Made by a program: the position numbers and the translations under genes. This document shows, piece by piece, positions 37,767 to 49,634 of a DNA stretch of 64,000 nt. Origin of the DNA: Arenicellales bacterium. Lineage in GTDB: Bacteria; Pseudomonadota; Gammaproteobacteria; Arenicellales; JAJDZL01. The notes beneath the pieces were generated by a model. That model was given only the letters and a program-made list of their open reading frames with translations. It ran no database searches and had not been told where the DNA came from. Position 1 is the first letter of the stretch, and every line of letters begins with the position of its first letter. Location of the stretch: contig OZ241380.1 in assembly GCA_965200765.1 (NCBI GenBank), positions 2,022,288 to 2,086,287 of the forward strand, given 5' to 3'.

Positions 37767-40761
37767 TTTGCCGTTCTCCCTCCGGGTCATAGAAAATCGG
37801 ACTTCTAATGGTTGCAGGAACAGTTTCCCCGGAAATGAGTCTGGAAAAAATCCTTGTACCCATACGTGACCGACCACCTTTCACAACCGCCAGTGCAATG
37901 GATCTTTGCAAGTTTTCGCTCCAGTAGCTCGAAGTTACATGACCAATCATCGGTATCGGGAAACTGCTGGCACTTTCATCCTCAATCAACTGAGCACCTT
38001 CGGGCAGTACAAATTTCGGGTCTTCGGTTTCAAGCCCTACGAGTTGTTTTCGGTTATTCCGAATACAGTCCGAACGAAACAGTGACCGTTTGCCCAGAAA
38101 ATCCTTCTTCTTGGACACAATCCAGTTCATGCCAAGATCGACGGGTGTTACGGAGCCATCCGTATCCTGTCCTACAATAATGAATCCTTTTTCTGCACGT
38201 AGCACATGCATCGTTTCGGTGCCGTACGGCGTGATTCCGAATTGTTGCCCGCAACGATACACTTCTTCCCATACATGCAGTGCGTAGTTTGCCGGAACAT
38301 TGATTTCGTAGGAAAGCTCGCCGGCAAAACTGACACGGAATATTCGGACCGCGACTCCTGCACACTGTGCTTCGCGAAACGACATGAACGAAAAGTCAGA
38401 ATTGGAAGTATCCAGACCGGAGGTGCATTGATTCAACAATTCTCTGGCTTTTGGTCCGGCAATGGAAATGACCGCCCATTGATCGGTAACTGACGTAAAA
38501 TACACCTTCATTTCCGGCCACTCGGTTTGTCGCCATTGTTCCATCCATGCAAGGACGTGCGCAGCACCGCCGGTAGTCGTTGTCATATAGTAATGATTGT
38601 CAGCCAGCTTGGCCGACACACCGTCGTCCATTACCATTCCATCCTCGCCAAGCATCAGTCCGTATCGACAAGCACCGACTTGTAACGTATTCCAGGCATT
38701 TGTATAAATTCGATTCAGAAATTCTGTCGCATCCGGGCCGTACACTTCAATTTTCCCGAGTGTTGAAGCATCCAGAATGCCAACCTGTTTTCGAACTGCC
38801 ACGCACTCCCGATTCACCGCTTGCTGCATTGACTCGCCTGATTTTGGATAGAACCAGGGACGTTTCCATTGACCGACATTTTCAAATTCTGCGCCTTGGC
38901 TTACATGCCACTCGTGCATCGCAGTTTTTCGAATCGGATCGTAGAGTTGCGGACCCAGTTCCATACCCGCCAATGCACCGAAGGGTACCGGTGTATACAT
39001 GGGTCGAAAGGTTGTTGTTCCCGTATCGGCCGGACTTTGATTCAGGGTTTGCGCCAGTATCGCCATGCCGTTGATATTGCCCAACTTGCCTTGGTCGGTA
39101 CCAAAGCCAAGCGCGGTGTATCTCTTGACATGTTCAATTGACTGATACCCTTCCCTCGCCGCCAGCAATATGTCATCCGCGCTGGTGTCATTTTGAAAAT
39201 CGACAAATCGTTTTGCCGCCGTACGCTTTCTGTCTTTGGATACCTGCCAAAGTGGATAAATCGTCTCCAGCGTATCAGAGTTTTCGGGCAACCCTTTCGG
39301 TTCGGAAAATTCAGGCGGAGCCATTCCAGCTTTCGACACCGCGAACGCACCTGCTTCGTATCCGTCCCGAATTGCATTTGTCAAGTTGAAAACCGAGTTT
39401 GCGGCACCGGCGGAACGCTCGTCTTGAACTGCCATTCCGGGTACAAGGCTGGCGATTGTGTCGTTGTATTTGGCCTTTCCGCCAGACTGCCCGTGGAGGT
39501 GAATAGCTGGACTGAATCCGCCGGACATAATCAGCAAGTTGCACCTTACCAACTTGCTTGTTCCGGGAATTCTTACCCCATCTTTCAACTGTGCGATCTG
39601 GACACCGCGGACTCTCTTGGGGCCCGTGACATCAACCACTACACTTTCTGAATATACGTTGATCCCGTTGTCTTTCAGGAAGTCAGGCCAGCGACCGCCT
39701 GGTGCAGGGCGCGGGTCAACCAAAGCTTCAACTTTACCGCCGGCTTCCAGAAATTCCTCAACCACTGGATATGCCAAATCGTTGTTTGTGAATACAACTG
39801 CCCGATTGCCCGGCATCACCGCGTAGCGATTGATATAAGTGGATACCGCGGACGATAGCATTACACCCGGTATATCGTTGTTGCCAAAAACCAGTGGTCG
39901 TTCAATCGCGCCCGTTGCCAGCACTACCTGCTTGGCACGAACTCGCCAAACTCTTTGGCGAACCTGATTTTTAGGAGACTCTTTCAAGTGATCGGTTACC
40001 CGCTCATTCATCACCAGAAAATTTTGGTCATAGTAGCCGGCAACAGTGCAACGCGGCAACAAGGTGACTTCCGGGTGTTTTACCAATTCAGCAAGACTGT
40101 CAGTCAACCACTGCTGAGTTTCTTTATCCTTTGATTTCAGTAATCCGCCACCCAATTCCGCCTGTTCATCTGCCAATATGACTCGTGCACCAGACTGCGC
40201 CGCAACCAGTGCCGCGGAAATTCCGGCGGGTCCGCCCCCGGCAATCAAAACATCACACCAAGCATTGATTTTCTCGTAGCGATCAGGATCTGGTTTCGTA
40301 TTTACCACACCAAATCCGGCCGCCTTTCTGATCCAGCGCTCATAAAACGACCAGAATCTTTGGGGGTGCATAAATGTCTTGTAATAGAAACCCGCCGGAA
40401 AAAATGCAGAAAACAAGCCAAGTACAGACAGCATGTCAAACGATGGACTCGGCCAGCAATTTACGCTGTATACTTTCAGGCCTTCATGGATTTCTACCTG
40501 TGTAGCGCGCAAATTCGGTGTGGAATACGCACCATCGCCAACTTGCAACAATGCGTTCGGTTCTTCTGCACCAGCACCCACTATGCCGCGCGGACGGTGA
40601 TACTTGAAACTTCTTGCAACCAAATGAACATCGTTGGCCAACAACCCTGATGCAACAGTGTCGCCCTCATATCCCTGACAGGATTTTCCATTGAAATAAA
40701 AGGTGACTACTTTTCGTCGATCAATTCTTCCGCCGACTGGCAACCGGTTTTTCTGACTCAT
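37759..40761 (-). CDS. soxA: Sarcosine oxidase / NMG dehydrogenase alpha subunit
   Basis: RSFKYHRPRG, GGGPAG, KRYTALGFGTDQGK, GcvT-like C-terminal half. Confidence 0.95.
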   Translation of the reverse strand: MSQKNRLPVGGRIDRRKVVTFYFNGKSCQGYEGDTVASGLLANDVHLVARSFKYHRPRGIVGAGAEEPNALLQVGDGAYSTPNLRATQVEIHEGLKVYSVNCWPSPSFDMLSVLGLFSAFFPAGFYYKTFMHPQRFWSFYERWIRKAAGFGVVNTKPDPDRYEKINAWCDVLIAGGGPAGISAALVAAQSGARVILADEQAELGGGLLKSKDKETQQWLTDSLAELVKHPEVTLLPRCTVAGYYDQNFLVMNERVTDHLKESPKNQVRQRVWRVRAKQVVLATGAIERPLVFGNNDIPGVMLSSAVSTYINRYAVMPGNRAVVFTNNDLAYPVVEEFLEAGGKVEALVDPRPAPGGRWPDFLKDNGINVYSESVVVDVTGPKRVRGVQIAQLKDGVRIPGTSKLVRCNLLIMSGGFSPAIHLHGQSGGKAKYNDTIASLVPGMAVQDERSAGAANSVFNLTNAIRDGYEAGAFAVSKAGMAPPEFSEPKGLPENSDTLETIYPLWQVSKDRKRTAAKRFVDFQNDTSADDILLAAREGYQSIEHVKRYTALGFGTDQGKLGNINGMAILAQTLNQSPADTGTTTFRPMYTPVPFGALAGMELGPQLYDPIRKTAMHEWHVSQGAEFENVGQWKRPWFYPKSGESMQQAVNRECVAVRKQVGILDASTLGKIEVYGPDATEFLNRIYTNAWNTLQVGACRYGLMLGEDGMVMDDGVSAKLADNHYYMTTTTGGAAHVLAWMEQWRQTEWPEMKVYFTSVTDQWAVISIAGPKARELLNQCTSGLDTSNSDFSFMSFREAQCAGVAVRIFRVSFAGELSYEINVPANYALHVWEEVYRCGQQFGITPYGTETMHVLRAEKGFIIVGQDTDGSVTPVDLGMNWIVSKKKDFLGKRSLFRSDCIRNNRKQLVGLETEDPKFVLPEGAQLIEDESASSFPIPMIGHVTSSYWSENLQRSIALAVVKGGRSRMGTRIFSRLISGETVPATIRSPIFYDPEGERQNV

Positions 40762-41039
40762 TCCGACTCTCCGGGTTTCGGGTCAGCTGGCTTGTAGAAA
40801 TTGTTGAACTTGTACGACACAGTATCGCGTTCGGCATTGAACCATTGGCGGCACCCCGCGGTATGGCACCACTGTTCGCGATACTTGCCCTTGGTATTCT
40901 TGCGCATGAACAAATAGTCGGCCCACTCGGCATCCGTCATCTCTTCAGAATTTGTTGGTCGAGTGATGTGGGCTTCGCCGCCGTAGGAAAATTCAGTTTG
41001 ATCGCGGTACCCGCACCAGGGACATTTAATGAGCAACAT
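40758..41039 (-). CDS. soxD: Sarcosine oxidase / NMG dehydrogenase delta subunit
   Basis: CPWCG..EF.YGGEAH, WCHTAGCRQWF. Confidence 0.95.
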   Translation of the reverse strand: MLLIKCPWCGYRDQTEFSYGGEAHITRPTNSEEMTDAEWADYLFMRKNTKGKYREQWCHTAGCRQWFNAERDTVSYKFNNFYKPADPKPGESE

Positions 41040-41050
41040 GTCACCAACCT

Positions 41051-42301
41051 CTAGTGCGCAACACCGGCCGCACCGTGCTCGTCAATCAATGCACCAGTGG
41101 TGAAGCGTTCCAATCCGAAAGGTGCGTTTAATTCATGCGGCTCATCGCGTGCAATGGTATGAGCAAAAACCCAGCCGGAACCGGGGGTTGCTTTGAATCC
41201 GCCAGTACCCCAGCCGCAATTGAAATACAGTCCTTTCACGGGCATCTTGCCGATAATCGGACACGCATCCGGGCAAACATCCACAATACCACCCCACTGT
41301 CGCAACATGCGAACGCGGCTAAATGCTGGGAAAAGCTCAACAATTGCTGCTATATTGCCTTCTATTGTCGAGAAACTTCCTCTTTGTCCATATCCCGCGT
41401 AAGAATCAATACCGGCACCAATGACCAGTTCACCTTTATCAGACTGGCTAATGTATCCGTGAACCGCGTTTGACATCACTACGGTATGCAACACTGGCTT
41501 GACCGGTTCAGAAACAAGTGCCTGCAGTGGATGACTTTCAATCGGCAAGCGCATATCTGCCAGATCGGCAATCACACTGGAATGACCGGCCGCAACCACG
41601 CCGATTTTCGGTGCTGCCATGTAACCACGGGTGGTCTCGACACCTTGTACTGCACCGTTTTTTCTGCGGAATCCGATGACTTCGCAATTTTGTATGATGT
41701 CCACACCTTTGGAATCCGCCGCCCGTGCAAACCCCCACGCAACTGCATCGTGCCGCGCTACCCCGCCGCGAGGTTGAAATGAAGCACCCAGTACCGGATG
41801 GCGCGCATCTGAAGAAGTATTCATCAGGGGTACGATTTTGCGAATTTGCTCAGGCGTAAGTACTTCACTGTCAATGCCGTTGAGTTGATTCGCGTTGGAA
41901 CGCCGGTAGATGTCCCGCATGTCTTGCAAGGTGTGCCCTAGATTCATGACACCTCGCTGACTAAACATTACGTTGTAGTTCAGTTCCTGTGAAAGTCCTT
42001 CCCAAAGCTTCATGGACTTTTCATACAGATGGGCGGCTTCATCCCACAAGTAGTTCGAGCGAACTATAGTTGTATTACGACCAGTATTGCCGCCGCCAAT
42101 CCAGCCTTTTTCCAGGACTGCCACATTGGTGATTTGGTGCTCGGCAGCAAGATAGTAGGCGGTCGCCAGACCATGCCCTCCCCCGCCGACAATAATGGCG
42201 TCGTAGGCAGCTTTCGGTTCCGGATCGCGCCATGCCCGCGGCCACTTGGCGTGACCGCTCATCGCATGCCGTACGAGGCTAAAGATTGAGTACTTGGTCA
42301 T
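41051..42301 (-). CDS. soxB: Sarcosine oxidase / NMG dehydrogenase beta subunit
   Basis: [33 protein letters not shown]. Confidence 0.95.
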   Translation of the reverse strand: MTKYSIFSLVRHAMSGHAKWPRAWRDPEPKAAYDAIIVGGGGHGLATAYYLAAEHQITNVAVLEKGWIGGGNTGRNTTIVRSNYLWDEAAHLYEKSMKLWEGLSQELNYNVMFSQRGVMNLGHTLQDMRDIYRRSNANQLNGIDSEVLTPEQIRKIVPLMNTSSDARHPVLGASFQPRGGVARHDAVAWGFARAADSKGVDIIQNCEVIGFRRKNGAVQGVETTRGYMAAPKIGVVAAGHSSVIADLADMRLPIESHPLQALVSEPVKPVLHTVVMSNAVHGYISQSDKGELVIGAGIDSYAGYGQRGSFSTIEGNIAAIVELFPAFSRVRMLRQWGGIVDVCPDACPIIGKMPVKGLYFNCGWGTGGFKATPGSGWVFAHTIARDEPHELNAPFGLERFTTGALIDEHGAAGVAH

Positions 42302-42339
42302 GTTTCGGCCAGTCGTTGTTCAAGGGACTAGCCGAAGCA

Positions 42340-43590
42340 TTAGCGATAGACCGGGAAGCGAGCACACAACTCCTTGACTCTGCCCTTGACTTCTTCGATT
42401 TTGGATTTGTTTTCGATATCGTCAAGAATATCGCACATCCAACCCACCAATTCTGCCATTTCTGCTTCCTTGAAACCTCGCGTTGTCGATGCCGGAGAAC
42501 CGATTCGCAACCCGCTGGTAACGAACGGAGACTTGGGATCGTTTGGCACAGTGTTCTTGTTGACGGTAATGTATGCGTCTCCCAACGCCGTAGCCGCATC
42601 TTTGCCAGTAATGCCTTTATCAACTAGATCCAGCAAGAACAGATGGCTATCGGTACCGCCCGAAACCACCTTGTAGCCCCGCTTCAGGAATGCGTCTGCC
42701 ATAGCTCTCGCATTGTCCAGAACCTGTTGCTGGTAGACTTTGAAATCGGGTTCCAATGCCTCTTTGAAAGCGACCGCCTTGCCCGCGATCACATGCATCA
42801 TCGGGCCGCCTTGTCCACCGGGAAATACAGAAGAGTTCAGTTTCTTTTCAACTACTTCGTTCGCACGCGCCAGTATCATGCCGCCGCGAGGACCTCGCAA
42901 GGTCTTGTGCGTGGTGGTGGTTGTCACATCTGCGATGGGCACGGGGTTCGGGTAAAGTCCGGCTGCCACAATACCAGCGATGTGCGCCATATCCACGAAA
43001 AGATAGGCACCGTGCTTGTCGCTGATTTCCCGAAACCGCTCCCAATCCATCACGCGGGAGTATGCAGAAAACCCGGCAACAATCATCTTGGGCTTGTGCT
43101 GCGCCGCCAGTTCTTCCAGCTGGTCATAGTCCAAAATTCCGTCATCATCCACACCGTACTGGACAGAGTTGTAAATTTTGCCGGAAAAATTGACTTTGGA
43201 ACCATGCGTCAGATGTCCGCCGTGGTCCAAACTCATACCCAAAATGGTATCGTGCGGTTCAAGCAATGCCATGTAAACTGCCGAATTTGCTTGAGACCCA
43301 GAATGCGGCTGAACATTGACAAAGGCGGCATCAAACAATTTCTTTGCGCGTTCTATGGCCAGCGTTTCAGCAACATCCACAAACTCGCATCCGCCATAGT
43401 AACGTTTTCCGGGGTACCCTTCCGCGTATTTGTTTGTAAGGACAGACCCTTGGGCTTCCAGTACTCTGGGACTGGTATAGTTTTCGGAAGCAATCAGTTC
43501 TACATGCTCTTCCTGGCGTATTTGTTCATTGCGAACTGCTTCCCACAACTGCTCGTCATAGCCAGCGATGGTATCAGACTGTGTAAACAT
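42340..43590 (-). CDS. glyA: Serine hydroxymethyltransferase
   Basis: [36 protein letters not shown]. Confidence 0.98.
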   Translation of the reverse strand: MFTQSDTIAGYDEQLWEAVRNEQIRQEEHVELIASENYTSPRVLEAQGSVLTNKYAEGYPGKRYYGGCEFVDVAETLAIERAKKLFDAAFVNVQPHSGSQANSAVYMALLEPHDTILGMSLDHGGHLTHGSKVNFSGKIYNSVQYGVDDDGILDYDQLEELAAQHKPKMIVAGFSAYSRVMDWERFREISDKHGAYLFVDMAHIAGIVAAGLYPNPVPIADVTTTTTHKTLRGPRGGMILARANEVVEKKLNSSVFPGGQGGPMMHVIAGKAVAFKEALEPDFKVYQQQVLDNARAMADAFLKRGYKVVSGGTDSHLFLLDLVDKGITGKDAATALGDAYITVNKNTVPNDPKSPFVTSGLRIGSPASTTRGFKEAEMAELVGWMCDILDDIENKSKIEEVKGRVKELCARFPVYR

Positions 43591-43815
43591 TTCGAGACTC
43601 CTTTGTCAAGTTAATTTCAAGCGATTTGCTTGCTACGATTATCAATCAAATGCCTTGAAAAATTTTACTCTACTGGCGAGTGTATCGTCAGTAAAATAAC
43701 GGGTTACAAGGTTTCAAATTTTCAAGACAACCATTTTGTCGCTTCAAGTTGGCATCAAACTTGTGTGAACCGCATATAATCCTATGAATTGCAAAACACC
43801 GGAAATACGAATCCA

Positions 43816-44139
43816 ATGACTGTTCAATCCCAAATCGAGAACACTTTGAACAACTCTCTAGACCCTCACTTTCTCAATGTGGTCAATGAAAGCGGTATGC
43901 ACAATGTGCCGCCAAACTCGGAGACACATTTCAAAGTGGTGGCTGTATCTGAAGAATTCAATGGCAAAACCCTTGTCGCTCGCCATCGACTTGTCAATCA
44001 ACTCCTGGCAGAACAAATCGCCGGGCCGGTTCACGCATTGTCACTGCATACTTTGACACCGGATGAATGGAAAAATCACCCCGATTCAGTACCGGATTCA
44101 CCGCTGTGTCTCGGCGGTTCCAAGAAGGAGTCCAAATAG
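43816..44139 (+). CDS. bolA: BolA family protein
   Basis: NESGMH, HFKVV.VS..F.GK..VARHR, HAL.LHT.TP. Confidence 0.92.
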   Translation: MTVQSQIENTLNNSLDPHFLNVVNESGMHNVPPNSETHFKVVAVSEEFNGKTLVARHRLVNQLLAEQIAGPVHALSLHTLTPDEWKNHPDSVPDSPLCLGGSKKESK

Positions 44140-44190
44140 CGGTTCCTCCTGGACCATTCAGCGACCATCAACGTCGGAGTGCATAAAGTA

Positions 44191-45180
44191 TCACTGGTAA
44201 AAATTGATTACAGCAGATCCATTAATCCTGCCAACCCTGAGGTCTTCGATCGCTGTGTTGGCCTGTTCCAACTCATACAAGTGAACTTCACTACGAACCG
44301 GTATAGCCGCCGCGACCCTTAGAAATTCCTCGCCGTCGCGGCGAGTTAGATTCGCGACAGAAACAACCTTCCGTTCACCCCACAGCAACTCATAGGGAAA
44401 TGCCGGGATTTCGCTCATGTGTATGCCAGCACAAACCACAACTCCACCTTTGCGGACCATTCGGAGCGCAATCGGTACCAGACTACCAACCGGTGCGAAA
44501 ATGATTGCAGCATCCAGCATTTGCGGCGGTGTTTGACTTGAACTTCCTGCCCACTTTGCACCAAGTTGACGAGCAAACTCCTGTCCCTTAGAGTCGTCTT
44601 CTCGCGTAAACGCGAATACATCGCGATTTTCATATACCGCGACTTGAACCAGCAAATGTGCCGCTGCCCCAAAACCGAAAAAGCCGATGGACTTGACGTT
44701 GCCAACCATTCTGTACGAGCGGTAGCCAATCAGACCTGCACACAGAAGCGGTGCGGCTTGCACAGCAGAAAACTGACCCGGCAAAGGAAAGCAAAACTGC
44801 TCGTCCACAGTGCAATACTCGGCAAACCCGCCATTTCTGTGATATCCGGTAAATTCTGCTGAATCACACAAATTTTCCTGGTCATTCAAACAGTAGCCGC
44901 AAGTTCCACAAGTTTGACCCAACCATGGAATTCCGACTCTTTGCCCGACGGTGAATGAACTGTTGTTATTTGTACAGCTAGCGACTTCGCCGACTATTTG
45001 ATGTCCGGGAATTAACGGCAATTCTGTTTCAGGTAAGTCACCATCAATAATATGAAGGTCCGTTCGACAGATACCACATGTGAAAACCTTTACCAGAAGC
45101 TCTCCTGCCTTCGGTACTGGCTTGGAAACTTCTACGATATCCAAGGGTTGTCTGATTTTCCTGAGTAATGCGGCGCGCAT
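44191..45180 (-). CDS. Zinc-dependent alcohol dehydrogenase family protein
   Basis: CGICRTDLH, PGHQIVG, CGTCGYC...C, CAGLIGYR. Confidence 0.92.
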   Translation of the reverse strand: MRAALLRKIRQPLDIVEVSKPVPKAGELLVKVFTCGICRTDLHIIDGDLPETELPLIPGHQIVGEVASCTNNNSSFTVGQRVGIPWLGQTCGTCGYCLNDQENLCDSAEFTGYHRNGGFAEYCTVDEQFCFPLPGQFSAVQAAPLLCAGLIGYRSYRMVGNVKSIGFFGFGAAAHLLVQVAVYENRDVFAFTREDDSKGQEFARQLGAKWAGSSSQTPPQMLDAAIIFAPVGSLVPIALRMVRKGGVVVCAGIHMSEIPAFPYELLWGERKVVSVANLTRRDGEEFLRVAAAIPVRSEVHLYELEQANTAIEDLRVGRINGSAVINFYQ

Positions 45181-45232
45181 GGCAAGAACTACATGGTGCA
45201 GATGTTGCCCAACAAGTTCAATAGAATTTCAC

Positions 45233-45679
45233 CTACTCCATCGGCCTTCTGCGAATAATTTGATGAACAAGAACAGTCATTACTTTTTCAGACCTTTGGT
45301 TGACCATTGCACAAAACACATCCACATACCCACGGTCGGTTCTTGAACTCGACTCGCGTACACCGACCACTTCTGCTTCAACATGCAAGGTATCTCCAGG
45401 TCGCACCGGCAACAACCAGCGAAGTTCATCCATGCCCGGCGAACCCATGCCCTGCTTGAGGTAGCCGTCTTGAATATACATACGAAAAGCAAGCGCCATT
45501 GTTTGAAAGCCACTTGCGATCAATCCTTTGTACTGACTTTTTTCTGATGCCTCAACATCAATGTGGAATGGTTGCGGGTCATACTGCAACGCAAACCTGA
45601 CAATCTCGCTTTCAGTAAAGGTTACACCGGAAGTCACAAACTTGTCACCCTCTTTGAATTCTTCAAAATACATGTTCAA
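45233..45679 (-). CDS. MaoC family dehydratase
   Basis: FALQYDPQPFHID, LIASGFQT, PVRPGDTL. Confidence 0.9.
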   Translation of the reverse strand: MNMYFEEFKEGDKFVTSGVTFTESEIVRFALQYDPQPFHIDVEASEKSQYKGLIASGFQTMALAFRMYIQDGYLKQGMGSPGMDELRWLLPVRPGDTLHVEAEVVGVRESSSRTDRGYVDVFCAMVNQRSEKVMTVLVHQIIRRRPME

Positions 45680-45918
45680 TTCCCTTGATTACTGGTTTGG
45701 ATTGGATGTAGCACCTCGAAGGCACCTGTGAACGGTTGTTGTAAAATCATACTCGACATTCCACGCACGACTGTGTATACTACTCATTTGTTTCATTTGG
45801 ACACCTCCTGAGTGAATTTTTATGAATACGATATTGTACAATCCCTAGGAAGATGTCCCTTCTTGCACCCTAAGCATTGATTTTTAACACCTTAAGCGGG
45901 AATCAAGGAGTATACACA

Positions 45919-46131
45919 ATGAAAAGAAAACCTGTAGTTTCAAGAAATATCCGGACCATAGGCTATGAAGAGTCAACTCAAACACTGGAAATCGAGTTCT
46001 TGAATAGTTTTATTTTCCAATACTATAATGTTCCACAGATCATTTACAGTGAAATGATGAAAGCCGAATCCAAGGGTAAATTCTTACATTTCTACATAGA
46101 AAATGCTTACCCGTATTCACGGGTTGGATAA
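45919..46131 (+). CDS. KTSC domain protein 1
   Basis: V.SRNIRTIGY....TLEIEF....QYYNVP...Y..MM.A.SKGKF; AAGGAG RBS. Confidence 0.92.
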   Translation: MKRKPVVSRNIRTIGYEESTQTLEIEFLNSFIFQYYNVPQIIYSEMMKAESKGKFLHFYIENAYPYSRVG

Positions 46132-46183
46132 ACGCCTATTTTCCTGATTCATTTTATCACAGACCACTGTGAACTGGATAATT

Positions 46184-47739
46184 GGTCGGCCCTGAAAAAC
46201 CCTGTTTCAGGGAGTTTTCAGGCAGATTGGCAATATCTCTGGAAAGCGAGAAACGACATTGTTTTTTCCAGCCCGAAGCAAGAAAATAGTCGCCGCAAAA
46301 AATCGGCACAAATAATCCTGATTTTCTTCAGGATTATGCGCATGTTGTGCCCCGCACAACTCAGCATCGCATTCATCTGGTCGCCTTCGGTGCCTTTCAG
46401 GTAATTCCGCCCCATCAGTCCGTCGTTCTTGAGGTGCCCGATCACCGGCTCAATCGCTTGCCGTCGCTTGAGCAGACGCTTCAGCTGTGCATTCACGCCG
46501 CGCTTTTGACCGGAAATGAAAACCTGTGAATCCGTCACGCCGTGACCGCGATAGCCACGGTCCACGAACACTTGTTCCGGCTTGGTTCCAGTAATACGCT
46601 CAACCTGGTCAAGCTGGGCCGACAGCGTATGACCATCATACGGATTGCCCGGAAACGCCCGACCGCCCAGCACGAAATTGCTTCGATTGGTCACCGCAAT
46701 CCCCACTTTCACACCGAATTCGTAGCGCTTGTGAACCTTGCCCTTGCTGATGCACTCCACCTCCGGTGCATGTGCACTGTACACCTTGTTCTTGCTGGTT
46801 CTCTCTTGTGTCATCACACGTTTGGCCAGCTCCAGCTCCGACTCCAGATGCGATTCCGCCAACTGCTGAACACAAGGATTCGCAATCTGGTCGATCTTTC
46901 TCTCCACATCACGCGCCACACGACCCAAAATCGTGCGCAATTTCTTCACCTCCCCCTTCATCCGCTTCATTTGACGCGCATGCGCATAGCGATTCACCTT
47001 GAAAAGTCGCTTCGGACCCACTCGCACATAGCTTTGGCGAAGTTTCAAACCCGCGGCACGTGCTTTCTTCACCAAACGCTCGCGTACCCGATTCAGCAAT
47101 TTCGCATCGGTCGGATACGTCACCGCCTTTTCCTGCACCGTGGTATCCACCGTCACACGCTTCAAGTCGCTTTTCTTCAACGCACCGGTCGCCATTCCAG
47201 CGGTCACCGTCGACTTCAAGATCAGCTCGCATCCCGATTCGCCGATCCGGTGGCGAAACCGGGACAGACTGCTCGTATCCAGCTGCGACTCCTGCTGAAA
47301 ATGCGTTTCACCGCAAAAATACTGCGCATACGGACTGTCCAGCCACCATTCAACAATTTCTTCATCCGACAAGCCGCGGGTATGCTTGAGCAGCAGCAGA
47401 CCCACCATCATTCGTATCGGAAGACCGGGACGACCATTGTCCGGGCAATACAGTTCTCCGAAATGATTCTCGAACATTTCCCAAGGAATCTGCTCGGCCA
47501 GCTTTACCAGCGGATGGTCAGGCCGACAGGCGTAGTCCAGGGCAATGCGAAACATTTCACTTTGATGCAGCGACTTGGGCTTGTGCGGGGTCATTTTTTC
47601 TCCTGGATATTGCAAGAAATCAAGCAGTGATTATACAATTCCTTGCAATTTCATGCTTGCTTTTTCGCACTTTCTTGAATTGATTCTTCAATCAAATCAA
47701 ATCGTTGTACAACCCAAAATGGGTTTTTCATGGCCGACT
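46184..47739 (-). mobile_element. IS5-family insertion sequence (transposase ORF 46218..47615)
   Basis: VDTTVQEKAV, CISKGK, FVDRGYRG, RQAIEPVIGHLK. Terminal IRs GTCGGCC(C/A)TGAAAAACCC at 46185-46202 and 47721-47738 (17/18 match). TAATTG on both flanks (AATT-core target duplication). Confidence 0.96.
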
Positions 47740-48200
47740 AATTGGGGGCTTGTTTATTTCTTGGCTTTGTAAGTCTAAATCTTTAAGTATTTGATTCTAT
47801 TACAGTTCACTTAGAAAGCAAGGCTCCGCGAACATGATTGTCAGTCGTCTCCAGACAATCCAGTATCCACTTGCCAAGTTTTTCACCAGAGTTAACGAAA
47901 CTTTGCACGGCACCTTCATACCATTGGACCGGCAGACGGTTGTCGGATTCTTCACGCAGTCGTACAACATCTCACAAGCTGCTCCTGCGAACCATTCAAT
48001 CAGCGTTCACACTGCTGGCGAAAGATTTTGATGACAACAGAACTGATCCGAAGGCAAAAGCTGTACCTCAGCACACCAGAGAACCATTCCAAACTATACA
48101 GGTTACCAAGTGTATTGCCAGACTACAGCCTCGAACTCCCCAATTTCCCACTGCCCTAGTAGTCTATGTCTCAATGCATCATTCAGAGAAAAACAACAGA

Positions 48201-48575
48201 CCTGTCTACCGTACGAATATTAGCGTTTTCGCGATTCGGTTAACCAATCCAGTTGACCGCGAGAGAATCAAAGGAACATTTCCGGACGGGCTTTTAACCT
48301 TGCTAGACGCCTTGCCAATTCTTCGCACAGGCGAAGTTATTGTTATGGGAGAAGCTTCCAAGTTACCCATGCGCTACCGAGTAACATTGCCACCAACGCT
48401 TCTTCAACCAAAAAGTCTTGACCCTGATGTATCCAAAAATTGGGCTCTTGACCGTAAACCCGAAGAAGGTTATGATAGAGTGATAGCTTCGTGGCATGCA
48501 CAGGATTCACGTACTGTTGCGAAGGAAACCATAATTGAACAAAAAACTACAACCAACAAATATGAAAATGAATAG
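48201..48575 (+). pseudogene. C-terminal remnant of a HerA/DUF87-type ATPase
   Basis: VFAIRLTNPVDRERIKGTFPD...LPILRTGEVIVMGEA.KLP...DPDVSK.W. The Walker A-containing N-terminus is absent and the upstream part of the ORF is not homologous. Confidence 0.7.
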
Positions 48576-48584
48576 GTGTACATT

Positions 48585-48797
48585 ATGCAAAACACCCCTC
48601 TATCTGAATCACGACTTCGTTCATTTGGCTATGATCAGCCAAACCGGACTCTAGAACTTGTGTTTTTGAATGGTAAAATTTACCAGTACTACGCTGTTCC
48701 AGAGAACTTGTACAATGATATGGAAAAAGCTGAATGCACAAGTAAGTTCTTCCATTTATACATAAAAAATGTCTACGCTTTTGCACGAGTAAAATAA
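48585..48797 (+). CDS. KTSC domain protein 2
   Basis: SRLRSFGYD....TLELVF.NG.IYQYY.VPE.LY; starts 9 nt after the HerA remnant stop. Confidence 0.88.
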   Translation: MQNTPLSESRLRSFGYDQPNRTLELVFLNGKIYQYYAVPENLYNDMEKAECTSKFFHLYIKNVYAFARVK

Positions 48798-49634
48798 ACA
48801 TTTTTTTGGTTCCTTGTTTTGCAGAACACTGCGAATTGGATTGTATCGCACTCGCAAACATCCCGACTTGGTCAATCCAAGTATATAACCCCTTTCAATT
48901 GAGCGGTGACACCTGTTCGAATCGAACATGCAACATGGCCCATTAACAAACAACCCGTACTTGTTCAAACGAATCAGTTCTGTGTTTACAGGTGTTCTGC
49001 GTTGCAACAACCATACGATATCCCACAGATCTCTAGCTTTGATTCTTTTTCGATGAGGGACAGCAACAAGCTTGTCTGTGAGTATTTCTGTTTCCGATGA
49101 ACTCTTGTAAAGCATAGTGTTGTAACCGTCTGGCAGAACACCGTAATGTGCCTGGACCAGCCTATACTCAACATCGTAAGTTGGAAATTTGGCTACATCT
49201 ATATGAATTCGCTGAGAATCAGTCCTGCCTCGCCCTCCATGAGTGTAAACAATAATTTTCCAAGTAAGTGCCACGTGACCAGAAAACGTTGAATCTCCAT
49301 CGAATTGCTTTGGACTTCTCGTTTCGACCTCCAAACCATAACGCTTTCCTATGTATCGCTCGGCTTCAATAAGTAGTTTGTCGAACCTTTTGTTGTCAAA
49401 ATTGGCACCGACATGAAAATCCAAATCTTCGCTATACCGGGTTGAACCGTGGCAATATCTCAAGCATGAGCCCCCGATAAATGTATGGTCAGGAGTCAAC
49501 AACCGCTTGTTTTGAAACAGAAACAGAAGGTCGTAGTGAATAAGTTCATTCTCAATCACTCGTCGAACTCTGGCCAATTCAGGTCTTTGGCTGACTACGA
49601 TGTTTGCCAGTTCAGACAGGCTACTTGGTTTCAT
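48756..49634 (-). CDS. abiEii: AbiEii-type nucleotidyltransferase toxin (C-terminus probably truncated or replaced)
   Basis: FIGGSCLRYCHGSTRYSEDLDF, TDKLVA..HR..IKARDLWD. Confidence 0.85.
   Translation of the reverse strand: MKPSSLSELANIVVSQRPELARVRRVIENELIHYDLLFLFQNKRLLTPDHTFIGGSCLRYCHGSTRYSEDLDFHVGANFDNKRFDKLLIEAERYIGKRYGLEVETRSPKQFDGDSTFSGHVALTWKIIVYTHGGRGRTDSQRIHIDVAKFPTYDVEYRLVQAHYGVLPDGYNTMLYKSSSETEILTDKLVAVPHRKRIKARDLWDIVWLLQRRTPVNTELIRLNKYGLFVNGPCCMFDSNRCHRSIERGYILGLTKSGCLRVRYNPIRSVLQNKEPKKCLFYSCKSVDIFYV

Noticed and set aside
43591-43815. Glycine or ZTP riboswitch upstream of glyA
   Set aside because: No conserved aptamer motifs recognised.
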